A DNA stretch of 32,000 bases from Ferroglobus placidus DSM 10642 (GTDB lineage Archaea > Halobacteriota > Archaeoglobi > Archaeoglobales > Archaeoglobaceae), in contig NC_013849.1 of the NCBI RefSeq assembly GCF_000025505.1, positions 300,001 to 332,000 on the forward strand, written 5' to 3'. Both the position numbers and the translations under genes were made by a program. Position 1 is the first letter of the stretch. The number at the start of each line of letters is the position of its first letter. Below are positions 8,697 to 17,176 of this stretch, in pieces. The notes beneath the pieces were generated by a model. The model searched no databases. It saw only the letters and a list, made by a program, of their open reading frames with translations, and had not been told where the DNA came from.

Positions 8697-9215
8697 ATGT
8701 TTCACTCTAATATGGATTGTCCGGAAGTAATATACTCTTCAAATAATAACAGGGATGACTTATCGTTTTTATCAATTTTAAAAAATAACTTACTTGTTGT
8801 AACATTACTCCTTTCTGGAACTCTATTACTTGGTAGCACTACATTAGTCAATTTAATGAATAGTGGAATTACCGTCGCACGCTTGATTATATTGGCAAAT
8901 GCATGTAATCTGTCATTACACAAATTTTTGCTATTGGTTCTACCTCACGGCATCTTCGAAATCCCAGCCATAATCATAGCAGGAGCTGCTGGCTTCAAAA
9001 TACCCTACGAAATCATCCGTTATTTAGCGGGTAGAAAAGAACAAATCCTAACAAAAGAAGACATCAAAGAATATTTTACCCTCGCTTTGATTTCAATAAT
9101 CTTAATCGTAATAGCAGCATTTGTTGAAGCTTACGTAACGCCAAGAGTGGCGAATACTTTTTATCGAGGTAAGTTACTTTTCTCTTCTGGACTTTCTTAT
9201 ACGCTCGATAATTAG
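8697..9215 (+). CDS. SpoIIM / DUF95-like membrane protein, apparently N-terminally truncated
   Basis: Family-typical segments are ILKNNLLVVTLLLSG...NLMNSGITV and LPHGIFEIPAIIIAGAAGF. Only about 24 residues precede the NN motif, so the usual first TM and loop seem to be missing. The first ATG is at 8697. Confidence 0.55.
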   Translation: MFHSNMDCPEVIYSSNNNRDDLSFLSILKNNLLVVTLLLSGTLLLGSTTLVNLMNSGITVARLIILANACNLSLHKFLLLVLPHGIFEIPAIIIAGAAGFKIPYEIIRYLAGRKEQILTKEDIKEYFTLALISIILIVIAAFVEAYVTPRVANTFYRGKLLFSSGLSYTLDN

Positions 9216-9556
9216 ATCGTCCTCATTGATAAGATCTCTCGCAGTTTTTAGTTCTAAGAATATTGTGAAGAATCTGCCACACTCTGGACACTGAACTATA
9301 ATCATCCAATTCAAGGCATCTGGCAATTTCTAAAATCCTAACGTTATGCATGGCTATGTGATTTTCAATCGCTTTGTTGTACCCTAATAATCACGCTTTT
9401 AATCTTAAACTCCTTATCCAGCTTTCTTCCCTTTCTAAACGCGTCATATTTTCTCAGAATCCATTAATAAAATTTATCGCACAATGTACGAGTTCGGAAA
9501 AGCTATCACGAGTAAGTGAAGGTTGATGGAATCTTCTCCTTTTATTAAAGTTTCAA

Positions 9557-9602
9557 GAGATGACCATTCCAAAAAATAAAAAAATAATCCTCTGGTCATC
9601 TC
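9557..9602. repeat. Perfect 10-bp inverted repeat (GAGATGACCA ... TGGTCATCTC) around a 26-nt A-rich loop
   Basis: Read directly from the sequence: 9557-9566 is the exact reverse complement of 9593-9602. The loop is TTCCAAAAAATAAAAAAATAATCCTC. The confidence refers to the repeat existing, not to any function. Confidence 0.85.
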
Positions 9603-9786
9603 ACTGGCGAACTTAGGTAGTTTAATTAACAACAGTGCTGGAGCTGCTCGCTTCAAGAGCTACAGCAAAGCTAACGAATTCAATCTTAAAAAATCTATTT
9701 TCTGCGATTTATGTGACCTTGTTGAAATTGCACGCCAAGGGTGAAACAACGCAGCTGTTTTATACCTCTTACCCAAACTTTCAGCG

Positions 9787-10554
9787 ATGGTAAAAATAGC
9801 CGTAGCTGGAAAAGGTGGAGTTGGAAAGACTACGATAGCTGCAGTTTTAGCTCACCTCTTCGCTAGAGACGGATACAACGTCACGGCGATAGACTGCGAC
9901 TCAGCTATGAATTTACCGACAGCTCTCGGAGTTAATAACGTTAAACCACTTTCCGAGCTTAAAGATATAATCGACGAAAGAGTTAGAGGTCCTTTTGGGA
10001 CTTATAAACTAAATCCGAAGGTTGACGACATCTTTGAGGCTTATTCCGTGAGAAACGAGGACGGAGTTAGGGTTCTCGTTTTGGGAACAATAGAAAAAGG
10101 TGGAGAAGGGTGTTTTTGCCCTGAAAACGCTTTTCTCAGAGCTATTCTGAGGCATGCTATATTCAGGGAGAAGGACGTCCTTATCATGGACATGGAAGCT
10201 GGTATAGAGCATCTTGGAAGGGGAACGGCGAAGGGAGTCGACCTTCTCTTAGCTGTCGTTGAGCCGGGGATGAGGAGTGTAGAAACGCTGAAAAGGATAG
10301 AAAAGCTCGGTGCTGACATAGGAATCACGAAAATTGGTGTAGTGGTAAATAAATACATAGAAAACGAGATGACGAGGAAGATTTTGGATAGGATAGACAA
10401 GCCGATAGTTGGCGTAATTCCCTACAGCGAATGTTTTATAAAAGCGGACATTCAGGGAATTCCTCCCTACAAGGTTTGCGATCTAAAACCTTTCGAGGAG
10501 CTGAAGAGTAAAATTCTCGAAATGATCGAAAATGAGGGTGGGAGTGGTTCTTAG
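9787..10554 (+). CDS. cooC: CooC-type Ni-insertion ATPase (CO dehydrogenase maturation factor, MinD/ParA class)
   Basis: The deviant Walker A is AGKGGVGKTT. The CooC metal-binding CxC motif is GGEGCFCPENAFL. LNPKVDD and MDMEAGIEHLGRGTAKGVD closely parallel characterised CooC1. Confidence 0.9.
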   Translation: MVKIAVAGKGGVGKTTIAAVLAHLFARDGYNVTAIDCDSAMNLPTALGVNNVKPLSELKDIIDERVRGPFGTYKLNPKVDDIFEAYSVRNEDGVRVLVLGTIEKGGEGCFCPENAFLRAILRHAIFREKDVLIMDMEAGIEHLGRGTAKGVDLLLAVVEPGMRSVETLKRIEKLGADIGITKIGVVVNKYIENEMTRKILDRIDKPIVGVIPYSECFIKADIQGIPPYKVCDLKPFEELKSKILEMIENEGGSGS

Positions 10555-11170
10555 AGGGAAGTACGGGAGAAGGGCTGCGAAAGAGATATCCGAATTCTTC
10601 GAGGTTTACACCTACGAGCTTCCCCAGAATTTACCGGAGATAATAGACGAGCCCGAGGAGCTGAATTTTCCCGACGAATTGTTTGAGTGCGACATAATAG
10701 TTAGCTACGCCCTACATCCGGATGTCAACTACGAGATAATCAGGAGGGCTGCCGGAAAAGTTAAGTACGTTCTTCTTCCCGGAGGGGCTAAAAGCGGATC
10801 TAAAAAGCAGCTTGAGGAACTCGGGAAAAAGTATGGTGTGAATGTTCTCGTGGAGAACATTTGCTGTGCGACGCCAAAAATAGACGATCCGGAGGTTAAA
10901 GAGTTCTTCGAAAAGTTCGGAATGCCGGAGTTTGAAATAGAGGTCGAGAACGGCGTGATAAAGTCTGTGAAAGTTAAGAGGAGTTCCATATGCGGTTCTT
11001 CTAAGTTTGTTGCGGAAAAACTTGTTGGAATGAGAGTCGATGAAGCTCCGGCTAAAGCTGGTTACTTCACTCAAATCTATCCGTGCTTCGCTTCTCGCGG
11101 CATAGACGGAAAAATTCATAGAGCAGCTCACATCCACAAGAGGCAGGTTGAAAAAGCTTTGAGAGGTTAG
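10532..11170 (+). CDS. Cys-rich conserved archaeal protein (DUF166/COG1810-like)
   Basis: The family assignment is from memory of the DUF166 pattern. Conserved-looking cysteines occur at ENICCATP, SSICGSS and IYPCFASRG. The ATG at 10532 lies 23 nt inside the end of cooC, and GTG alternatives exist at 10538 and 10544. Confidence 0.5.
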   Translation: MRVGVVLRGKYGRRAAKEISEFFEVYTYELPQNLPEIIDEPEELNFPDELFECDIIVSYALHPDVNYEIIRRAAGKVKYVLLPGGAKSGSKKQLEELGKKYGVNVLVENICCATPKIDDPEVKEFFEKFGMPEFEIEVENGVIKSVKVKRSSICGSSKFVAEKLVGMRVDEAPAKAGYFTQIYPCFASRGIDGKIHRAAHIHKRQVEKALRG

Positions 11171-11200
11171 TATTTTAATCCCGAACTCGAAGGAGGGAGT

Positions 11201-12294
<1,094 letters not shown>

Positions 12295-13395
12295 TCACGA
12301 GTAAGCCTCCTCCCCGTGCTGGGAAATGTCCAATCCCACGTACTCCTCTTCTTCGCTCACCCTCAATCCTGTAACTACGTCAACGACCTTGGCTATTATG
12401 TAAGTTACAGCGAAGGCGTAAATTATCGTTACAGTCACAGCCACAAGCTGGGGAATGAACTTTCCGTTGAATATTCCGAGCATTAACATTCCTATCGCTC
12501 CTCCAACTCCGTGTATCGCCCAAGCGTCAAGGCTTTCGTCGATTTTCTTTTTAACTCTGTAAACCATCGCATAGTAGCAGAGAACTCCGGCGACGACTCC
12601 TATAACTATTGACTGCCAGATCGTAACGAAGCCAGCTGCTGGAGTTATGGAAGCGAGTCCAGCTATCGCTCCCGTAACAAAGGCTAATGAACCAACTCTT
12701 CCGCTTCTCAAGCTTATCAAAAGCCAAACCAAAGCTCCAGTTGCGGCGGCTGTGTTCGTGACTATAACTGCCCTAACAGCAGTTTCGTTTACCGCCAAAG
12801 AGCTTCCTCCGTTAAATCCGAACCATCCGAACCAGAGCAATCCAGCTCCGAGTAAAGTCATTGGAACGTTGTGAGCTTTGATATCATGCTCCCCATAACC
12901 AGCCCTATTTCCGAGAGCTAATGCGAGAGCCAATGCACCGAACCCCGAGCTAATGTGAACAACAGCCCCTCCGGCAAAGTCCAAAGCTCCGAGCTTTGCG
13001 AGCCATCCGTTACCCCACAGCCATTTTGCGAAGGGATCGTAAACGAAGGTCGTCCAGAGCAGTCCGAAGAGAACAAATGAGGAGAATTTCATTCTCTCTG
13101 CAGCAGCGCTGGTTATAATCGCGAGAGTGATAGCCGCGAAAGTTAGTTGATAAAAAGCGAAGAGATCTTCGGGCATTGGGGAGGGAAATCCAATGAAATC
13201 ACTCCCATCTCCGAAAGATAAGCTGTAACCGAAGAGAACCCACTGCAAACTGACGATAACGTAGGAAACTAGTGAAAGCATTATCATGTTTACAGCGTTC
13301 TTCCTTCTTACCATTCCAGCGTAGAACAGAGCGAGTCCAGGAACCATCAGCATTACTAAAGCTGCCGAGGTCAGTATCCAGCCGTTCGGCTCCAT
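12295..13395 (-). CDS. amt: Ammonium transporter Amt
   Basis: It has [49 protein letters not shown] and [10 protein letters not shown], including the twin-His pore residues, and about 11 TM. It is paired with glnK. Confidence 0.95.
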   Translation of the reverse strand: MEPNGWILTSAALVMLMVPGLALFYAGMVRRKNAVNMIMLSLVSYVIVSLQWVLFGYSLSFGDGSDFIGFPSPMPEDLFAFYQLTFAAITLAIITSAAAERMKFSSFVLFGLLWTTFVYDPFAKWLWGNGWLAKLGALDFAGGAVVHISSGFGALALALALGNRAGYGEHDIKAHNVPMTLLGAGLLWFGWFGFNGGSSLAVNETAVRAVIVTNTAAATGALVWLLISLRSGRVGSLAFVTGAIAGLASITPAAGFVTIWQSIVIGVVAGVLCYYAMVYRVKKKIDESLDAWAIHGVGGAIGMLMLGIFNGKFIPQLVAVTVTIIYAFAVTYIIAKVVDVVTGLRVSEEEEYVGLDISQHGEEAYS

Positions 13396-13477
13396 GAGGT
13401 GCGATTTTTTGGAGTGTACTTAAAAATATTTAAGAATAGTGCTTAAAATTTATGAAACCTTCACAAAATTGGAAAAA

Positions 13478-13498
13478 TTTCTAAAAATTTTTTAGAAA
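13478..13498 (-). terminator. 21-bp perfect AT-rich palindrome plus T-runs just after the hsp20 stop; candidate terminator or operator
   Basis: TTTCTAAAAA-T-TTTTTAGAAA pairs perfectly when checked base by base. On the hsp20 sense strand it begins 5 nt after the stop codon and is followed by TTTTT. It also lies about 85-100 nt upstream of the amt start. Confidence 0.35.
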
Positions 13499-13502
13499 AC
13501 AC

Positions 13503-13916
13503 TCACTCTATTTTGATCACTTTCTTCTCCTTCTCCACCTTCGGAATGATTATCTCGAGAACACCGTTGTTGTACTTCGCTGAAATCTTGTCCACATCTA
13601 TTTCACTCGGCAGCGAGACTCTCCTGTAAACTTCTCCGTATCTTCTCTCTTTCCTTATGAAGTTCTTGCCTTCCTCTTCTTTCTCTTCCTTTCTTTCCGC
13701 TTTTATCACGAGATCCCCGTCTTCCACGTAGACGTTTATGTCTTCTTTGTTGAATCCTGGCAAGTCGACGACGACTCTGTACTTGTCCCCTTCGTCTATA
13801 ACGTCAAGCGGAGCCGTTAGTTCTCTCTCGAAAGCAAATCTGTCAAACTCTTCGAGCAGTCTACTCATTCTTTCCTGCATCCTCCTCAGCTCCTCGAACG
13901 GGTCGAAGAATCTCAT
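13503..13916 (-). CDS. hsp20: Small heat-shock protein (Hsp20 / alpha-crystallin family)
   Basis: The alpha-crystallin domain reads PLDVIDEGDKYRVVVDLPGFNKEDINVYVEDGDLVIKAER...YGEVYRRVSLPSEIDVDKISAKYNNGVLEIIIPK. AGGAGGTGA precedes the ATG. Confidence 0.95.
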   Translation of the reverse strand: MRFFDPFEELRRMQERMSRLLEEFDRFAFERELTAPLDVIDEGDKYRVVVDLPGFNKEDINVYVEDGDLVIKAERKEEKEEEGKNFIRKERRYGEVYRRVSLPSEIDVDKISAKYNNGVLEIIIPKVEKEKKVIKIE

Positions 13917-13939
13917 TCACATCACCTCCTTAACTTTGC

Positions 13940-13962
13940 AATCCTAACTTTAAGTTAGGATT
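13940..13962. promoter_or_regulatory. Palindromic operator AATCCTAAC-TTTAA-GTTAGGATT (CTAAC-N5-GTTAG core) in the hsp20 promoter
   Basis: It has perfect 9-bp arms and a 5-bp spacer, read directly from the sequence. It lies between the TATA box (13968-13975) and the hsp20 RBS/ATG, overlapping the predicted TSS. As I recall the literature, the core matches the motif reported for the A. fulgidus heat-shock regulator HSR1. Confidence 0.6.
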
Positions 13963-13967
13963 CTTGA

Positions 13968-13975
13968 TATTTAAA
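13968..13975 (-). promoter_or_regulatory. TATA box of hsp20 (TTTAAATA on the minus strand)
   Basis: The reverse complement of 13968-13975 is TTTAAATA, an exact fit to the archaeal TTTAWATA consensus. It predicts a TSS near 13945, about 29 nt upstream of the ATG. Confidence 0.55.
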
Positions 13976-14054
13976 CTTTTCGCTAAAAAATGAGTTATGG
14001 TATTCAGTTGATGCGGAAGTAAACGCTATAAGTAACGGTGCCATCCTATCGCAA

Positions 14055-14933
14055 GTGAGCAAGGTTTACTTCGCATTCCTTTCAGCTGCTCTCGGAGTTT
14101 TAATAGGAAGACTTACCGACTTTCCGGTGGAAAACCAGAAACTCCTTTCTGGGATAATAACTGTCCTCGTCTTCCTTACGATTTTCCCGGCTATGATAGG
14201 ATTTAGGTTTGGGAGAATCAGAGAGCTAAAGCTGTCTCCTCTTGTAGCCTCCTTTATACTGAACTTTATCTGGAGCCCTCTTTTCGCTTTTGCTCTCGTT
14301 AAACTTCTTGAAAATGAATTAGCTTTCAGCGTCGCAGCCGCAATTTTGTTCCCTTGCCCGAGCATGAATGCGGCGTACGTTCTCCTTTCTGGAGGAAATT
14401 TGGAAGTTTCTACGGCGATAATGGGCATAAATTTTGTGGTTGGTGCCGCTCTGTATCCGTTTCTCCTAAATTTTGTGGCTAAAGAAGCCAACTATAAAAT
14501 TCCGGTAAGTCAGGTAGCTGTGAGCATATTTGCGGTAGTTTTTCTTCCCGTTGTCGTCGGGAAGATCGTGAGCAGAATTTACCAGCCGAGTGAGAAGGTG
14601 AGGAGAGATCTAACTGAAATTAGTCTTAACGGGCTCGTTTTTACTGTATTTTTCACGAAATCCCATGAGATAAACCTTGTCGAGGTTTTCTCGATTTTGC
14701 CAATTTCGATAGCATTTCTCCTCTCGACGATTCTCTTAGCTGAGGCGATCTCAAAACTTTTGAGAATGAAAAGAGAAGAGCATTTGTCGTACGTATTTCT
14801 AACTGCCGGAAAAAATAACTCGACCGTCATAGCGGTATTAACGCTTTCAGGCAAGTATCACTTGGCGGTATACGTTATGATCCACCAGTTCGTTCAAATC
14901 CTCACTCTGCTGCTTTACTCGAAGAAGAGATAA
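14055..14933 (+). CDS. Bile acid:Na+ symporter (BASS) / Acr3-like family transporter
   Basis: It is a 292-aa polytopic membrane protein. Two family-like signature regions are present: LLSGGNLEVSTAIMGINFVVGAALYP and LTAGKNNSTVIAVL. It has a GTG start. The substrate is unknown. Confidence 0.6.
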   Translation: MSKVYFAFLSAALGVLIGRLTDFPVENQKLLSGIITVLVFLTIFPAMIGFRFGRIRELKLSPLVASFILNFIWSPLFAFALVKLLENELAFSVAAAILFPCPSMNAAYVLLSGGNLEVSTAIMGINFVVGAALYPFLLNFVAKEANYKIPVSQVAVSIFAVVFLPVVVGKIVSRIYQPSEKVRRDLTEISLNGLVFTVFFTKSHEINLVEVFSILPISIAFLLSTILLAEAISKLLRMKREEHLSYVFLTAGKNNSTVIAVLTLSGKYHLAVYVMIHQFVQILTLLLYSKKR

Positions 14934-14963
14934 AGTTATTTAATCCCGTGTATTTCATCCAGC

Positions 14964-15143
14964 ATGAAACGCATAGTCGTCAACAGGTACAAATGCGCTT
15001 ACTGTGGAGCTTGCGTTTCTGTCTGCAAGTTTGATGCGAACGAGCTCGTGGAAACTTACCTTGAAATTTATCCAGACAAGTGCACTCTCTGCATGGTTTG
15101 CGTTAAAACTTGTCCGATGGGTGCCTTAGAGGTGGTGGAATGA
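14964..15143 (+). CDS. Mini-ferredoxin, 59 aa, two Cys clusters (absent from the supplied ORF track)
   Basis: My hand translation is [59 protein letters not shown]. It carries C11xxC14xxC17xxxC21 and C40xxC43xxC46xxxC50P. Its TGA (15141-15143) overlaps the ATG (15140-15142) of the reductase gene. Confidence 0.8.
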   Translation: MKRIVVNRYKCAYCGACVSVCKFDANELVETYLEIYPDKCTLCMVCVKTCPMGALEVVE

Positions 15144-16312
15144 CCGATTATGACGTCGTTGTGGTTGGAGCCGGACCTGGAGGAAGCATAGCGGCAAAAA
15201 CGGCTGCCGAAAAAGGTTTAGACGTCTTGCTAATAGAGAAAAGGCAAGAAATAGGAGTTCCGGTTAGATGCGCCGAGGGAGTTAGTAAAGAGGATCTTGA
15301 AAAATTCGTAGAGCCAGACAAAAGGTGGATAGCTGCCGAAATTGAAAAAGCTTGGATATTTTCTCCGGACGAAACAAAAGTTGAGCTTTCCGCCGAGAAA
15401 GCCGGAAATGAGGTGGGATACGTTCTTGAAAGAAAAATATTCGACCGACATCTTGCGAGACTCGCTTCGAAGGCTGGAGCAGAAGTTAGGGTGAAAACGT
15501 CGGCTGTAGGTTTGAAGCGGGAGAATGGAATAGTGAAGCTGAAAATCAGGAGTTTGGGAAAAGAGGAGGAGATAACGACGAAGATTGTCATAGGAGCGGA
15601 CGGAATAGAAAGTAAAGTGGGAAAGTGGGCTGGTATTGACACGACTTTAAAGCTCGGCGAAATCGAGAGCTGCGTTCAGTACTTGATGACTAACATAGAA
15701 TTTGAAAGCGACGTCACTTACTTCTGGGTGGGAAAAAGGTTCGCTCCGGGCGGCTACATCTGGCTCTTTCCTAAAGGGGATGACGCAGCCAACGTTGGCA
15801 TAGGAGTGATGCCGAGCATTGCGGAGAAGAAAGCCAAGGAATATCTCGACGATTTCGTAAGGAAGAAGTTTCCGGATGGAGAGATAGTCGAGGTTGTTGT
15901 TGGAGGAGTTCCTGTCAGCGGAGGTTTAAAGAGCGCTGTATCTGACAACGTCATGCTCGTCGGAGATGCGGCGAGGTTTGCCGATCCAATTACCGGAGGA
16001 GGAATAATAAACGCTATGAAGTCCGGCTACTACGCTGGAATTACCGCATACGAGGCGGTGGTTGAAGAGGACTACTCTGCTAAATTTTTGAAAAAATACG
16101 ACGAGAGGTGGAAGAAAGATTTTGGAAAGAAGCTCGAGAGAAACAAGAAGATTCAGGAAAAGCTACTGAAGATGGACGACGAAACGTTCAACAAAATCGC
16201 TAAAAGCCTTGAGGGTATGAGAATAGAGGAGTTCAGCGTGAAGAGACTTGTGCTCGAAATTTTCAAGAAGTATCCGAAGCTGTTCTGGGATATGAAGGAT
16301 CTGATTTTTTAA
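15140..16312 (+). CDS. Geranylgeranyl reductase family flavoprotein (digeranylgeranylglycerophospholipid reductase-like)
   Basis: It has [28 protein letters not shown] and [18 protein letters not shown] prefer the start at ATG 15140 ([12 protein letters not shown]) over the TTG at 15110 from the track, because it forms an ATGA overlap with the ferredoxin. Confidence 0.85.
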   Translation: MTDYDVVVVGAGPGGSIAAKTAAEKGLDVLLIEKRQEIGVPVRCAEGVSKEDLEKFVEPDKRWIAAEIEKAWIFSPDETKVELSAEKAGNEVGYVLERKIFDRHLARLASKAGAEVRVKTSAVGLKRENGIVKLKIRSLGKEEEITTKIVIGADGIESKVGKWAGIDTTLKLGEIESCVQYLMTNIEFESDVTYFWVGKRFAPGGYIWLFPKGDDAANVGIGVMPSIAEKKAKEYLDDFVRKKFPDGEIVEVVVGGVPVSGGLKSAVSDNVMLVGDAARFADPITGGGIINAMKSGYYAGITAYEAVVEEDYSAKFLKKYDERWKKDFGKKLERNKKIQEKLLKMDDETFNKIAKSLEGMRIEEFSVKRLVLEIFKKYPKLFWDMKDLIF

Positions 16313-17130
16313 CTCGTCAGCTTGAAATAAATCTCCTCAAGCCTCGGAACGAGGGTTTCGATATCCTCTATTTTTCCCCCGCTATCGACGATTCTTTTTA
16401 TCTCTCTATTCAAGTCTTCGACGCTCTCGAAAGTCTCTTCGAAAGTTTCTCCGTTCAGGGAGTATCTTAGCCTGTAACTCTTCATCAAATCCCTAAGCTC
16501 CTCAATTTCGCCGTAGTAAATCGACTTTCCTCTCTTCATTATTAAAATTTTGCTGCAGGTGGCTTCAACGTAGTACAGATTGTGGGCAGAGAAGATTATG
16601 GCTTTATCTTTCATGTTTCTGATCATTTCAGAGACTGAGAGGGAAGTTGACGGATCTAAGCCAGAGATAGGTTCGTCGTAGATGAGTATTTCCGGATCGT
16701 GAATTAGGGTTCTGCAAATCGACAACTTTCGCTTCATACCTTTGGAAAAAGTCCCTACCATCCTGTCCTTCGGAAGCTCGAACAGTTCGAGGAGAAAGTT
16801 TACTCTTTCTTTGTTCACTCCGTATATCGAAGCGAAAAGGCTGAGGTACTCGTTGGGATACAAATTCTCGTAGAGGGCGTCAAATTCGGGCAAAAAGCCG
16901 ATTTTCTTTTTTATTTCGACCCCCCACTCTTCCAGTTTTTTTCCGAAGTAGTAAATTTCCCCTGAAGTTTTTTCGATTAATCCGGCTAAAATTTTGAGCG
17001 TCGTCGTTTTTCCAGCTCCGTTTTCTCCTATAATCCCGAGAATTTCTCCCTTTGAGACTTCAAAACTCAAATTATCCACAGCCACAAAGCTACCGTAAAC
17101 TTTTCTAAGATTTTCGACGACAACCTCCAC
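16309..17130 (-). CDS. ABC transporter ATP-binding protein (ABC-2 subfamily)
   Basis: Walker A is GENGAGKTT, the signature variant is [15 protein letters not shown] and Walker B is [12 protein letters not shown]. It has a GTG start. It is divergent from the two permease genes, with a 46-bp spacer. Confidence 0.9.
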   Translation of the reverse strand: MEVVVENLRKVYGSFVAVDNLSFEVSKGEILGIIGENGAGKTTTLKILAGLIEKTSGEIYYFGKKLEEWGVEIKKKIGFLPEFDALYENLYPNEYLSLFASIYGVNKERVNFLLELFELPKDRMVGTFSKGMKRKLSICRTLIHDPEILIYDEPISGLDPSTSLSVSEMIRNMKDKAIIFSAHNLYYVEATCSKILIMKRGKSIYYGEIEELRDLMKSYRLRYSLNGETFEETFESVEDLNREIKRIVDSGGKIEDIETLVPRLEEIYFKLTS

Positions 17131-17176
17131 ACCTATCGAGGAAAACTAATTAATAAAAACGTTGCGTGCATAAGCT

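Larger units (their letters stand above)
8420..9786. other. Low-GC island with weak or decayed coding content
   Basis: My hand counts on sampled 60-nt lines give about 23-37% GC inside the island (8701, 8761, 8821, 9541). One flanking line counted the same way (10201) gave about 53%. Only one recognisable domain, SpoIIM-like, is present. About 570 bp (9216-9786) has no convincing ORF. Confidence 0.6.

Noticed and set aside
9474-9656. A 60-aa minus-strand ORF in the non-coding part of the island.
   Set aside because: It has no RBS or promoter context and no recognisable motif. It spans the A-rich hairpin loop, and chance ORFs of this size are expected in this kind of DNA.
8449-9768. Possible direct repeats flanking the low-GC island: ACAACAGCTTTATA at about 8449-8462 and ACAACGCAGCTGTTTTATA at about 9747-9765.
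   Set aside because: The similarity needs two gaps, is short and is AT-rich. It is not distinguishable from chance, so I cannot call att sites or target-site duplications.
13396-13502. An NrpR-type nitrogen operator (GGAA-N6-TTCC) upstream of amt-glnK.
   Set aside because: I searched the spacer by eye on both strands. Only GGAAAAATTTCT and TGAAACCTTCA occur, and neither fits the consensus spacing or half-sites.
15110-15139. The TTG start at 15110 for the geranylgeranyl reductase, and the analogous N-terminal extensions of track ORFs at 7750-7791, 22286-22405, 25172-25192 and 8038-8052.
   Set aside because: Internal ATGs give canonical family N-termini ([46 protein letters not shown]). They also have better RBS placement or stop/start coupling. 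The extensions read through neighbouring genes or promoters.
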